A DNA stretch of 64,000 nucleotides from Candidatus Peregrinibacteria bacterium (GCA_016220165.1 JACRIE010000040.1:16364-80363), one strand, 5' to 3'. Shown: positions 41,240-51,510, counted from the first letter of the stretch. The notes: generated by a model not told the origin, from the sequence alone. Numbers and translations: made by a program.

Positions 41240-42718
41240 CTATTTTTTAATTCCAAATACTTCTTCTGCCATTTCAATCATGGTAGGCGCCACGGCAACT
41301 TCTTCTTTTTTAGACTGAATTGGCTTAAGATCAATTTTCTTAAGCTCTAACTTTAATTTAATTTTAGTAGAAAATAAATTTTCAAAAACTTTAATAATAA
41401 CCGTCTGATTCGCCGGATTTGAAATTTTTTCGCGGAACGATTCCGAATTAAAATAGAGTGTTAAAATATTTCTTTCTAATTTGACAGGTTCACTATCCGA
41501 AAAAGACATCCGGATAAAAGGAGTTTCAATTCGTTCCAAAATTCGTTGCCATTGCTTTCGAACATTCTCTAAGCTCAACTCTCCCGTAGTTGCAGCAGAA
41601 TAGGCTGCTGCTGCCTCTCCGACTGTCTTCTCCGTTCTAAGAGATTTAAACTCTTCTTGAGTCCTTGGCATATCCGATATAATCTCGCGACTCTTATCCT
41701 GCTTTTTTGGGATCTGACAAACTTTAATAACGGCAATTTCGAGTGGCAATTGAGAAATCGACGCCTTGCTGATAGCAAGTTTAGCCTCCATAAAAATCTC
41801 AATAGTATTAATAATCCAACTGACATCTTCTTCTTTTTGTATTCCTAATAACATTTTTTCGCGCAAAAAATCGATCCATTCAGTAGCAAATTGTTGTAAA
41901 CTTTGTCCTTCCGCGTTGATTTCATTAATAATCTCAATCGCTCGTTTCGCGTTTTTCTGAATTAAAATACTAAAAAAATCTTCTATCAATTTTTGTCCGG
42001 TCAGTCCTAAATTCTTCAAAACTTCTGTATAAATCACTTCATGATTAATATTCATTTGCTCCAAAAGACCAATCGCGTCTCTAAGGCCTCCTGAAGATTG
42101 TCTGGCAATTAATTTAAGGGATTCTAAATCGGCTTTAATCGATTCCTCGGATGCGATAGTTTCTAAGCGCGAAACAATGTCATCCGTTGAGATTCTCTGA
42201 AAATTAAATTGTTGGCAGCGCGAAAGAATAGTCTCAGGAATTTTATGAAGTTCCGTAGTCGCTAGAATAAAATAAGCATGAGAAGGAGGTTCTTCCAAAG
42301 TTTTAAGGAGAGCGTTAAAAGCCTCCTTAGTCAGCATATGAACCTCATCAATAATATAGATTTTCTTTTTCGCCTGCGTAGGGGCAAATTGAATTTTCTC
42401 ACGCAATTCTCGTATCTCATCAATACCACGATTACTGGCGGCATCAATTTCAATAAGATCGACCAAGCGCCCCTCTCTGATATTTTGACAAATAGAACAT
42501 TCATCGCAAGGTTCCACTCCGCCCTTTAAATTAAGGCAATTAATCGCTTTGGCAATAATTCTGGCAAGAGAAGTTTTTCCAGTGCCTCGTGGACCGCTAA
42601 AAAGATACGCATGATGTACCGTATTATGCTTAAGAGCATTCTGAATACTGCGAATAACATGTTCTTGCCCTACGACACTTCCAAACCCCTGTGGTCTATA
42701 TTTAAGATAGAGAGACAT
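41240..42718 (-). CDS. dnaX: DNA polymerase III subunit gamma/tau
   Basis: LYLKYRPQGFGSVVGQEHV, HAYLFSGPRGTGKTS, zinc module C..CDECSIC, IIDEVHML and ILSRCQ. Confidence 0.92.
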   Translation of the reverse strand: MSLYLKYRPQGFGSVVGQEHVIRSIQNALKHNTVHHAYLFSGPRGTGKTSLARIIAKAINCLNLKGGVEPCDECSICQNIREGRLVDLIEIDAASNRGIDEIRELREKIQFAPTQAKKKIYIIDEVHMLTKEAFNALLKTLEEPPSHAYFILATTELHKIPETILSRCQQFNFQRISTDDIVSRLETIASEESIKADLESLKLIARQSSGGLRDAIGLLEQMNINHEVIYTEVLKNLGLTGQKLIEDFFSILIQKNAKRAIEIINEINAEGQSLQQFATEWIDFLREKMLLGIQKEEDVSWIINTIEIFMEAKLAISKASISQLPLEIAVIKVCQIPKKQDKSREIISDMPRTQEEFKSLRTEKTVGEAAAAYSAATTGELSLENVRKQWQRILERIETPFIRMSFSDSEPVKLERNILTLYFNSESFREKISNPANQTVIIKVFENLFSTKIKLKLELKKIDLKPIQSKKEEVAVAPTMIEMAEEVFGIKK

Positions 42719-42799
42719 AAAAATAGCTTGTAAAAATTAGACTATCGGATTTCTATTATAAAGTTTGTACCTGGCTATCTACAAGCTAAAACCTACAAG

Positions 42800-44176
42800 C
42801 TAATTCCTCTCTTGCTTTTCGCGGAATTCAAGCTTAATACTCGTGCCCATAAAACCAAATTTTTCTCTAAGTCGATTTTCCAGATAACGCCAATAAGAGA
42901 AATGAAAATTTTTCTTTTTATTCACAAAAATGACGAAAGAAGGAGGATTCGTTTCTACCTGAGTCATATAATAAATTTTTGGGAAAGTAGTTTTAGTTCC
43001 GGAAGGAAGATGTTGGGCGGTGATTTCTTCTACGAATTGATTCAACTGATGAGTTTCGATGCGTTTTTTCCGCTCGCATTCGATCTCGTCAAAAATTTCA
43101 AAAATTTTCGTCATCTCTTTTCGCGTAAGAGCTGAAGTAAAAATGACAGGTACCCATGGCAAAAAAACGAATTTTCTTTTTAAATAAAGAAAAAAAGTTG
43201 TTCGCCTTTCTTCTTCTGACATTTTTGGATCAACCTTGATGTCCCATTTATTAGCCAAAATCACGAGTCCTTTGCCTGCTTTAAGAATCAGCCCGGCAAT
43301 TTGCTGATCTTGATGGCTGACCGTTTGGCTGCTATCAATGACCAGCAGAGCGATGTCGCATCGTTCAATGGCCAGAAGCGTTCTCATGGTGCTCCATGAT
43401 TCAACTCCTTTGCCAACTCGCCCTGCCTTTCGTATGCCTGCCGTATCGATAAGAACATAACGACTTTTTTGAACCTGAAGAGTCGTATCAATAGCATCAC
43501 GAGTCGTCCCAGGCACTGCGCTGACGATAAGACGGTTCTTATTGAGCCACGCGTTAATAAGCGATGATTTTCCTACATTGGGCCTCCCTACTACGGCAAT
43601 CTGCGGCATGGCCTCCTCTTCAGTTTGGAGTAATGAATAATCAAAATCCTTTTTGCTTAAAAAATGTAATTCCAAACATGCTTCTGCAATTTTCTTTTCT
43701 AGCTCTTTAAGTCCCTTTTTATGAAGCGCTGAAACAGGAATCGCTTCCCCTAAACCCAATTGAAAATAATTAGCGAACTCTCCTTCTCTGATCGGAGTAT
43801 CGCATTTATTGATTACAAGGATAACGGGCTTCTTTTTTACCTTTTTCCTAAAAAATTGAGCGATTTCTTTATCGTCTTCAAAAAAAACGCTCTTATCTTC
43901 GGTAACAAAAAGAATAATATCTGCCTCCTCAATAGCTACTGCAGCTTGATTAAAAACGTCCGCTTCAATCGTCTCTTCCTTTTTTCCAAAAACGATCCCG
44001 CCCGTATCTATCAAAAAAAAATCAATCAGCGATGTACTTATTTTTCGAATAATACGATCACGAGTCGTGCCTGCTTCATGGGCTGTAAGCGCTGTTCTTG
44101 TCCCGCTTATAGCGTTAAATAAGCTAGACTTCCCAACATTGGGCCGACCAATGATGGCGACACTTGGAATTTTCAT
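42800..44176 (-). CDS. der: ribosome-associated GTPase Der (EngA)
   Basis: Two tandem G domains (IIGRPNVGKSSLFN and VVGRPNVGKSSLIN, DTGG/DTAG, NKCD/NKWD) and a KH-like C-terminus. Confidence 0.92.
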   Translation of the reverse strand: MKIPSVAIIGRPNVGKSSLFNAISGTRTALTAHEAGTTRDRIIRKISTSLIDFFLIDTGGIVFGKKEETIEADVFNQAAVAIEEADIILFVTEDKSVFFEDDKEIAQFFRKKVKKKPVILVINKCDTPIREGEFANYFQLGLGEAIPVSALHKKGLKELEKKIAEACLELHFLSKKDFDYSLLQTEEEAMPQIAVVGRPNVGKSSLINAWLNKNRLIVSAVPGTTRDAIDTTLQVQKSRYVLIDTAGIRKAGRVGKGVESWSTMRTLLAIERCDIALLVIDSSQTVSHQDQQIAGLILKAGKGLVILANKWDIKVDPKMSEEERRTTFFLYLKRKFVFLPWVPVIFTSALTRKEMTKIFEIFDEIECERKKRIETHQLNQFVEEITAQHLPSGTKTTFPKIYYMTQVETNPPSFVIFVNKKKNFHFSYWRYLENRLREKFGFMGTSIKLEFREKQERN

Positions 44177-44856
44177 TGTTTACGTATATCACGACTCCAT
44201 TCAGGACGGGAGTGATGCATTCGATCTAAAATATGCACAAAATCTTCCTGCAGAAAAAGATAATCCGCCTCCTGAAAAGGGCTCAAACTAAGTTGACGGT
44301 CGATTCGTTTGGCTCGTATGACCTCATCAACGATTCTTCGGAAGTCACTGGGAGTCAATTTTTGATTGCGCTCAGAACGAACGGCAGCTTCAATGGAATC
44401 AGTGAGAAAAACGATGGTTTCTTCGCGAGTAGACGGCTTTTTACCAGTATACCGCACTTTAATCTCTTTATTGGGATTAGGGGCGACCGAAGTACCGTGA
44501 TGAGATCGGATAATATTGCAAAGTGGCTTTGGAAAATGAAAACTTTTCGCAAGAAGATATCCTTTTTCGACATGAGAAAGTATGGCTTCTGCGTCGAAAT
44601 CAGTATTACTAATCGTATCCTGATTTTCTGCGAAAGCCTCTGGAACCGCTATTTTCCCGATATCATGATAAAGACCTCCAAAATACACAAGTAGAGGATC
44701 CGTATTCTCCATGACTCGCGCAATAGAGTAGCCCATTTCCGCTACTAGGTGACTATGAAAATAGGTACCCAGCGCTTTTTCCCTTAATTTTTGAAGTAAA
44801 GGGAAGCGAGGGTCGAGATACCTAAGATAAAAGTCGCCCTCCATAAGATTATCCAA
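44173..44856 (-). CDS. HDIG-domain phosphohydrolase (PgpH-type HD domain without the 7TM part)
   Basis: HSHLVAEM, LYHDIGKI and IIRSHHG. Overlaps the der start by 4 nt. Confidence 0.7.
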   Translation of the reverse strand: MDNLMEGDFYLRYLDPRFPLLQKLREKALGTYFHSHLVAEMGYSIARVMENTDPLLVYFGGLYHDIGKIAVPEAFAENQDTISNTDFDAEAILSHVEKGYLLAKSFHFPKPLCNIIRSHHGTSVAPNPNKEIKVRYTGKKPSTREETIVFLTDSIEAAVRSERNQKLTPSDFRRIVDEVIRAKRIDRQLSLSPFQEADYLFLQEDFVHILDRMHHSRPEWSRDIRKQ

Positions 44857-44903
44857 AATTATTATTCAAGATCCGCTACTGGCTCAAGATCTATTAATTT
44901 TAA

Positions 44904-45110
44904 TTAACTGTAATATTGCTCAAGAGCGCGTCGTGCACGATGTCCTGCTGCAATGATCGCCGCCTTTCGAATTTCTCTTTGAGTGATCGTGGGAATATGG
45001 AAACGCTTCTTTTTTCCATCAATAATAATGCGACTTCGTTGAACTAATTTTTTAAAACGATTGATCAAACGTTCGTTTGACTCATTCTTCTTCTTGAACG
45101 CATAAAGCAT
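44904..45110 (-). CDS. rpsU: 30S ribosomal protein S21
   Basis: MLYAFKKKNESNERLINRFKKLVQRSRII..GKKKRFHIP parallels the S21 pattern ..V.KNES.E.AL.RFKR.V.K.G...E.R.R..YEKP. Started at Met13 of ORF 44904..45146. Confidence 0.7.
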   Translation of the reverse strand: MLYAFKKKNESNERLINRFKKLVQRSRIIIDGKKKRFHIPTITQREIRKAAIIAAGHRARRALEQYYS

Positions 45111-45269
45111 AGTGTGTGTACCTCCTTTAAAAAAATTAATGCTCACCTTTTATACCCGAATTTTATGATAAAATCAAGGACTCTATGCCGCAAAATTTAA
45201 GTTGTAAATTACAAACGTTTTATTTTATGGTATATAAAGAAGGATATTTTAATTTTTAAATAAAAATGT

Positions 45270-45557
45270 ATGGGGTTCTTTGATAAAGCGAAAAATTTAT
45301 ACAGCCTTCAAAAACAGGCAAAACAGATTAAAAATGAGCTTAAAACAATCCATGTTGAAGCGGAAACGGATGGGATAAAAATCGTAGTCGATGGCGAACA
45401 GGAATTCCAAAGTGTTGAGATACCTGAAAGTATGGCCGGCGATACGAAAAGAGTCTCTAAAGCCTTCATAGACGCTTCTAATAAAGCTATCAAAAAATCC
45501 CAACAAATCGGAGCTGAAAAAATGAAAGGAGTGATGGGGAACATGTTTGGAGCCTAA
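45270..45557 (+). CDS. ybaB: YbaB/EbfC family nucleoid-associated protein
   Basis: 95 aa. LQKQAKQIKNELKTIHVEAETDGIKIVVDGEQEFQSVEI and a C-terminal helix, which is the typical YbaB layout. Confidence 0.8.
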   Translation: MGFFDKAKNLYSLQKQAKQIKNELKTIHVEAETDGIKIVVDGEQEFQSVEIPESMAGDTKRVSKAFIDASNKAIKKSQQIGAEKMKGVMGNMFGA

Positions 45558-45558
45558 T

Positions 45559-46533
45559 ATGAAAAAAACTGTTTTCCTATTATCATTCTCTATCCTCTTC
45601 CTATTGTCTCTTTATGGTGGGTTTGCCTTCTTTTTCGTATCACCAGGTCAGCGTGTCCTTTTTGAAATTCCAAAAGGCGCTTCTGCCACGGAGATAGCTG
45701 AATCTCTTGAAAAAAATCGACTGATTCAAAGCTCTCTTCTTTTTAAATTTTATTTAAAAAAACAAGGATTAAGCGAAAAAATTAAGGCGGGACGCTATAT
45801 TATTCCTGCGAAAACACGTCTCGCAGATCTTGCCGACCTTTTAGTCAGTGGAAAAAATGCAGAAATGCCAATCACTTTTCCTGAAGGCTTCACGGCGAAT
45901 GAAATGGCTTTGCTCTTGGAACAACAAGGATTAACAACGCACAAGACATTTTTAGCATGTCTTGTCAATTGTGCCTTCTCTTTCAATTTTCTGCCTTCAC
46001 AAAGCGGATTGGAAGGCTATCTATTTCCGGATACTTACTTTATAAATATCGCTGACTACGATAATCAAACCTTCATCAATCGCATGCTTCGGACATTTCA
46101 AAAGCGTCTTTCAGCGGAAGACTGGAAAACAATTAGCGAATCCTCCCATTCACTGGAAGAAATTATTAAAATAGCTTCTATCGTGGAAGCGGAAGAATCT
46201 TCTGAAACGAATCGTCCGATAGTGGCTGGCATTTTATGGAAACGTTTTGATCACGGGATAGGATTAGGAGCTGATGCAACGATCCGCTATGCCATCAAAA
46301 AAAGAACCGGCGCTCTCTCAAAAGATGATCTCGCCACCAATTCCATCTATAACACACGAAAATATAGAGGATTGCCGCCTACTGCCATTGGAAATCCGGG
46401 CATTTCCAGTATACGGGCAGCTCTTTATCCTGTCGCCTCGGATTTTCTTTATTATCTCCACGATTCGGATGGCGTAATTCATTACGCCAAAACACTCGAA
46501 GAACACAATCGTAATAAAGCGCTCTATCTCTAA
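45559..46533 (+). CDS. mltG: endolytic murein transglycosylase MltG (YceG family)
   Basis: N-terminal TM helix, GRYIIPAKTRLADL, FPEGFTANEM, LEGYLFPDTY, ASIVEAEE and YNTRKYRGLPPTAIGNPG. Confidence 0.88.
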   Translation: MKKTVFLLSFSILFLLSLYGGFAFFFVSPGQRVLFEIPKGASATEIAESLEKNRLIQSSLLFKFYLKKQGLSEKIKAGRYIIPAKTRLADLADLLVSGKNAEMPITFPEGFTANEMALLLEQQGLTTHKTFLACLVNCAFSFNFLPSQSGLEGYLFPDTYFINIADYDNQTFINRMLRTFQKRLSAEDWKTISESSHSLEEIIKIASIVEAEESSETNRPIVAGILWKRFDHGIGLGADATIRYAIKKRTGALSKDDLATNSIYNTRKYRGLPPTAIGNPGISSIRAALYPVASDFLYYLHDSDGVIHYAKTLEEHNRNKALYL

Positions 46534-46538
46534 AAAAT

Positions 46539-46570
46539 AAGAAGACGAGGATATATATCCTCGTCTTCTT
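46539..46570. terminator. bidirectional terminator hairpin, AT-shifted member of the hairpin repeat family
   Basis: aagaagacgaggatat / atatcctcgtcttctt, a perfect 32-bp palindrome between convergent mltG and the 688-aa gene, flanked by A-run and T-run. It differs from the 51511 copy by a compensatory G>A / C>T pair. Confidence 0.7.
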
Positions 46571-48636
46571 TAATAATATTTGATCGTAATTTTTGCGACA
46601 CCGCTTTTTTGCTCGCCTTGGGTTGCGTACACGCGGAAAACGTTATCCCCGGGAGTAAGCGTGACGGATTTGCGCCACTTTCCTGACTTGTCTTCGTAAT
46701 TGATTTTTTCTCCGTTAAGATAGACTTCTTCAGCAACGGCATTGACGGTTCCTCCAATCGTGATGACATTCAGATTCGTGCTGTAACTATTTTTATCGGT
46801 TGGGATCGTGATAACAGGCGCGGATAATTTTTCAGAAACGAGAATAATGGTCAAAGAAGCTTCTCCCAGCTTATCCCCTTTCGCATCATAAGCAACCACC
46901 GTGAAATAATTTTTCTGATCAGGCTTCAAATTACCAAGCTGGACTGAAGCACGGTATTTCCATTCCGCATTACCTAGCTGATAAGCGCTTAATTTATAAT
47001 CATTAACAAAAATACCGGACGTATTGGCAGGAGCTGTCCCTTTAATCTCAAAAAAAGTTTCTGACGTCGTTAAATCCTTTCCCCCATTTGGGTCAGTGAT
47101 AACAACACCGGCTCCGGTGGACGACGCGCCTTGAAGTGGCACTGGAGGCTGAGATGATCCATTTTTATCTGTCGTTGGCGTTGCAGTAGGTGTCTCGGCA
47201 TCTCCGATTGCCTTTGAATCCAATACTAATGTAATAATCGCCGATCCGCTCAAATTTCCTGCTTTGTCTTCAGCAAAAATTTGATATTGATTTTCTCCTG
47301 ACATTAAATTGCCGTAAGCCACTTTAGCGTAATAACTGAATTCTTTACTGCCTGGCACATATTTTCCGAGAGCATAATCGTTAACAATGACTTTCTGAGT
47401 ATCTGCGCTCACGATCCCTTTAATAATTTGTTCCGTCAATTGAATCGGGACAACCGCGCCAGTCAGTCCTGGTTCAATAATAATAGGAACGACTGGCGGC
47501 GTTTTATCATAAATAATATTAAAATCATCTAACTTAATTTTCGCTCCTTTAAGATCTGTGGCGCTGATCTGAAAAGTATTAATCCCTTCTTTGGAAAATT
47601 TTATTTTTTGGACTTCCCACGTGCTTGTTTCCTGGGAAAGAACAGCCTTAAGATCGTCCACAAAAATAGCAGCCGCTATTTTAGGATCGTAGTGCCCCTT
47701 CATATCAAAAAAATCTTTATTGGTTGCAGTCTGTAAAGAAGGAGAAAGAACATAGACTACTTTTGAGATCACCCCTTGATCCTGCGCCACAATGGCTGGG
47801 GAAGCCGTTGGAGTAATAATAGACGAATCAGCGCTCTTGGTCGTACTCGTCGCAGGATTCGCCTTTTCCGCTGGAATATTGGCCTTATCCGATTCCTCAT
47901 AAGCGGAAATAGTCCCATCCTTCTGACTATTCCAAAGATACCAATCGCTTTTAGTAAAATCTTCGATCCAGGCATTAACAAGCTCAACCTTTCCTCCTGA
48001 ATTAAGTTTACTGATATCTTCCTCGGAAATATTGAGCTCTTGTCCGATTCCGAGAGTGACTGCTTTGATAACAGCGTCATCGTATTTAATCCCCACATCA
48101 ACGGTTCCCTTGATGACTCGAACAAGTCCCGGAGCTACGATAGAAACAATCGCATCTTCTGAATCGATATTTAATAAAGAAGTATCTATCGCGAAAGAAG
48201 AACCGGAGTCGCCAAGAGGCCCGATTTTTGCCCACGCCTCCCCCTGATTAAGAGTCGTCTTAATAATAACGGTAGATTTATTCTTTTTAAGCACATTAAG
48301 CCGGATTTCACTATTATTATTGAGACGCATGATACTCTGATCGAAATAAGTCAGCGTGATACGGGAATCGGCACCTGTTTTAGCCTGCTCTCCCTGATAG
48401 AGATAAATCTTATCAGGAGCATTTTGCCATTGGCTTAATTCAGCCGTCATGGCCTTAGCGCTCCCCTGCTCGATATTCAGGAAGACTCGTTCATTCTGAG
48501 TGGTGGCGGCAGAAGTTCCAAAAAAAATATTCAACATTTTCCACCCCAAAATCACCATTAAAAAAATGGCGATAATAACCACAAGAGGCATGATATAAGA
48601 AAAGACGCTCTTGCGAATAGGACGACGCTGGTACAT
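46570..48636 (-). CDS. membrane-anchored extracytoplasmic protein with a FecR-like N-terminal region and Ig-like repeats
   Basis: 688 aa with an N-terminal TM helix (IMPLVVIIAIFLMVILGW). A beta-rich repetitive body contains several units of about 100 aa ending in ...Y.I.A.D..GN.S.. / ...F.V.A.D..G.K. motifs. Confidence 0.7.
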   Translation of the reverse strand: MYQRRPIRKSVFSYIMPLVVIIAIFLMVILGWKMLNIFFGTSAATTQNERVFLNIEQGSAKAMTAELSQWQNAPDKIYLYQGEQAKTGADSRITLTYFDQSIMRLNNNSEIRLNVLKKNKSTVIIKTTLNQGEAWAKIGPLGDSGSSFAIDTSLLNIDSEDAIVSIVAPGLVRVIKGTVDVGIKYDDAVIKAVTLGIGQELNISEEDISKLNSGGKVELVNAWIEDFTKSDWYLWNSQKDGTISAYEESDKANIPAEKANPATSTTKSADSSIITPTASPAIVAQDQGVISKVVYVLSPSLQTATNKDFFDMKGHYDPKIAAAIFVDDLKAVLSQETSTWEVQKIKFSKEGINTFQISATDLKGAKIKLDDFNIIYDKTPPVVPIIIEPGLTGAVVPIQLTEQIIKGIVSADTQKVIVNDYALGKYVPGSKEFSYYAKVAYGNLMSGENQYQIFAEDKAGNLSGSAIITLVLDSKAIGDAETPTATPTTDKNGSSQPPVPLQGASSTGAGVVITDPNGGKDLTTSETFFEIKGTAPANTSGIFVNDYKLSAYQLGNAEWKYRASVQLGNLKPDQKNYFTVVAYDAKGDKLGEASLTIILVSEKLSAPVITIPTDKNSYSTNLNVITIGGTVNAVAEEVYLNGEKINYEDKSGKWRKSVTLTPGDNVFRVYATQGEQKSGVAKITIKYY

Positions 48637-48708
48637 ATAAAAAATTTTCTTTGTAAATCTTACAACTTACAATTTACAATTTTCGCTATTCAATGTAAAG
48701 ATCCATAA

Positions 48709-48737
48709 TTGTCAATTCTAAGAGCTTACGCTATACT
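48709..48737 (+). promoter_or_regulatory. promoter for secA (TTGTCA-17-TATACT)
   Basis: TTGTCA at 48709-48714 and TATACT at 48732-48737. The ORF-track TTG start at 48709 is this -35 box. Confidence 0.5.
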
Positions 48738-48768
48738 ATCCGCGCTTTACGTCATACTATCCGAACCT

Positions 48769-51441
48769 ATGTTCATTCACAATTTTATCAACAAAATTAT
48801 TGGCGATTATAATGCCAAGGAAATCAAAAAAATCGAACCCCTGATCCGCGAAATAAATCGTCTTGAAGAATCCTATCAGGCGCTAAGCGAAGAGGAACTT
48901 AAAGGTCATACGAGACAATTTCGCGAACGTATTCAAAAAGGAGAATCCCTCAATTCGATTCTTCCTGAAGCTTTTGCCACAGTTAAAAATGCCTGCCGCC
49001 GTCTCGTAGGTAAAAAATTCATATTGGGAAAAGAAGAACAAACATGGTCTATTGTCCCTTACGATTGCCAGCTCATTGGAGGCGTTATTCTGCATCGTGG
49101 CCGAATCGCTGAAATGAAAACAGGTGAAGGTAAAACGCTCGTAGCGACACTCCCTCTTTATCTAAACGCGCTCACGGGAAAAGGGGCCCATCTGGTGACA
49201 GTCAATGATTATCTCGCGAAACGTGACGCTGCTTGGATGGGGGTGATTTATCAATACCTAGGTCTTTCCGTAGGAGTGATTGTCCATGGGCTCTCTACGG
49301 AACAGCGCCAGGAGGCCTACGCGGCGGATATTACCTATGGAACGAATAATGAATTCGGATTCGATTATCTGCGCGACAATATGGCGACTCAGCTTCAGCA
49401 TCGCGTTCAGCGCAAACTGCATTATGCCATCGTGGATGAAGTTGATTCGATTTTAATCGACGAGGCGCGGACGCCTCTCATTATTTCGGCCCAAGCCGAG
49501 GAATCGACGGATAAATATCGAAAATACGCTCATCTGATTCGTCAGCTCAAGTCCGATGAAGACTATGTGATTGATGAAAAAAAACGGACCGCCACGCTGA
49601 CCGAGGCCGGTATCGCCTCAATGGAAAGACTGTTGGGAATAGAGAATATTTACACGGAAGCGGGATTTATTGAAGTTCATCATATCGAGCAATCGCTCAA
49701 GGCGGAGGCTATATTCAAACGGGATATTGACTACGTCATTAAAGAGGATGAAATTTTAATCGTTGATGAATTCACCGGACGCTTAATGCCGGGACGCCGC
49801 TACAGCGACGGCCTGCATCAAGCCATAGAAGCGAAGGAAAACGTTGAAGTCAAACGGGAAAGCCGCACGCTCGCGACCATCACTTTCCAAAACTATTTCC
49901 GTTTATTCGAAAAATTGGCGGGCATGACAGGCACTGCGGCAACCGAAGCGGAAGAATTTGAAAAAATTTACGGACTGCAAACCTTCGTGATTCCGACCGC
50001 GAAGTCCATGATCCGCGCGGACAAAGGGGATGTGATTTATAAAACGGTGAAAGGTAAATTGTTGAGTGTCATGAATGTAATCAAAGAAAAGCATGCGAAA
50101 GGACAGCCGGTCCTCGTGGGCACCATTTCGGTCGAAAAATCTGAACAACTTTCTCAGCTTCTGAAACTTCATGGGGTTCCTCATAATGTCCTCAACGCTA
50201 AAAATCACGAAAAAGAGGCTGAAATCGTGGCACAGGCCGGTCAAAAAGGCGCGGTAACGATCGCCACCAATATGGCAGGCCGTGGAACGGATATTAAGTT
50301 AGGGCCTGACGTCGTGGAGCTGGGGGGGCTCGCCATTCTCGGCACGGAAAGGCACGAATCCCGGCGTATCGACAATCAATTGCGAGGCCGCTCCGGACGC
50401 CAGGGGGATCCGGGAGAATCTCAATTTTTTGTTTCCATGGAGGACGATTTAATGCGGCTTTTTGGAGCCGATAGAATCAAGTCCATGATGGATCGTTTGG
50501 GACTGCTGGAAGACATGCCGATCGAAAACCGCATGATCAGCCGGAGCATCGAAAGCGCCCAAAAACGCGTGGAAGGCCATCACTTTGATATTCGTAAACA
50601 CTTATTGGAATACGATGATGTGATGAATAAACACCGTCAGATCATTTATGTGCGTCGCCTGAAGGCTCTCGAACAGGAAAGCCTCAGGGAAGACATCGTC
50701 GGCATGATGCGGGCCGAAGCCAAAGCGCTGGCGCAAGAATACACGGAAAACGTGGATGCCCTGGAATGGAATTTTAAGACGATGGCGGAAGCCATTAATG
50801 CTTTTTTGACTCATCCTGTGGCCGAGATTGCCGCCCTTGAAAAATGCGCCACTCCTCAACAAATTGAAAATTATATGTTCAATGCTTTTTCTTCAGAGTA
50901 CGAGAAAAAAGAGCAAGGGCTTCCCGATCCTACGTTGTGGAGGCAAGTGGAAAAAGGCGTATCGTTACGAGTCATCGATACCTTATGGATGGAGCATATC
51001 GACCTTATGACTCATTTACGGGAAAGCGTTTCTTTGAGCGGCTACGGCCAGCGTGACCCTTTAATCGAATACAAACGCGAAGCATTTGCTTACTTCCAAC
51101 AGTTGCTCGCTAATATCCAACATAATACGTTAGCCACGCTTCTAAAACTTCAGGTCAATATTGAGCTCCCTCAGGAAGCGATTCCTGCGCCTGAACCCGA
51201 TCTTCTCCATCTGCAGACCAACGAGGATCAGATTGAACAAGCGGTAACGACTTCCTCTCTCAAACAATCCGCGACAGCTTCGCCCGAAACAGCCGTCGCT
51301 CAACGCATCAGCGCTGAAATCAAAAAAACACCCCCGAAGGGAGCCCCTTCGGGGCCCCTCGCGGCCGCCCTGGGCACGGAACGAAATGAGCCGTGCCCCT
51401 GCAAAAGCGGCAAAAAATATAAAAAATGTTGCGGAAAATAA
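48769..51441 (+). CDS. secA: preprotein translocase ATPase SecA
   Basis: MKTGEGKTLVATLP, TVNDYLA.RD, VDEVDSILIDEARTPLIIS, GMTGTA, TNMAGRGTDIKLG, RIDNQLRGRSGRQGDPG and the C-terminal zinc finger CPCKSGKKYKKCCG. Started at MFIHNFINKIIG. Confidence 0.95.
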   Translation: MFIHNFINKIIGDYNAKEIKKIEPLIREINRLEESYQALSEEELKGHTRQFRERIQKGESLNSILPEAFATVKNACRRLVGKKFILGKEEQTWSIVPYDCQLIGGVILHRGRIAEMKTGEGKTLVATLPLYLNALTGKGAHLVTVNDYLAKRDAAWMGVIYQYLGLSVGVIVHGLSTEQRQEAYAADITYGTNNEFGFDYLRDNMATQLQHRVQRKLHYAIVDEVDSILIDEARTPLIISAQAEESTDKYRKYAHLIRQLKSDEDYVIDEKKRTATLTEAGIASMERLLGIENIYTEAGFIEVHHIEQSLKAEAIFKRDIDYVIKEDEILIVDEFTGRLMPGRRYSDGLHQAIEAKENVEVKRESRTLATITFQNYFRLFEKLAGMTGTAATEAEEFEKIYGLQTFVIPTAKSMIRADKGDVIYKTVKGKLLSVMNVIKEKHAKGQPVLVGTISVEKSEQLSQLLKLHGVPHNVLNAKNHEKEAEIVAQAGQKGAVTIATNMAGRGTDIKLGPDVVELGGLAILGTERHESRRIDNQLRGRSGRQGDPGESQFFVSMEDDLMRLFGADRIKSMMDRLGLLEDMPIENRMISRSIESAQKRVEGHHFDIRKHLLEYDDVMNKHRQIIYVRRLKALEQESLREDIVGMMRAEAKALAQEYTENVDALEWNFKTMAEAINAFLTHPVAEIAALEKCATPQQIENYMFNAFSSEYEKKEQGLPDPTLWRQVEKGVSLRVIDTLWMEHIDLMTHLRESVSLSGYGQRDPLIEYKREAFAYFQQLLANIQHNTLATLLKLQVNIELPQEAIPAPEPDLLHLQTNEDQIEQAVTTSSLKQSATASPETAVAQRISAEIKKTPPKGAPSGPLAAALGTERNEPCPCKSGKKYKKCCGK

Positions 51442-51510
51442 TTAAATTATAAAATAAACTGATTCGCATTCTAAACTATTTTTGAATTGAATGCCGGGCT
51501 GTGATCCTTT

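Noticed and set aside
42724-42786. tagcttgta ... ctacaagcta aaac ctacaagcta repeats between der and dnaX.
   Set aside because: These are short 9-nt matches with a loop of about 45 nt in an AT-rich spacer. That is too weak to call a structured element.
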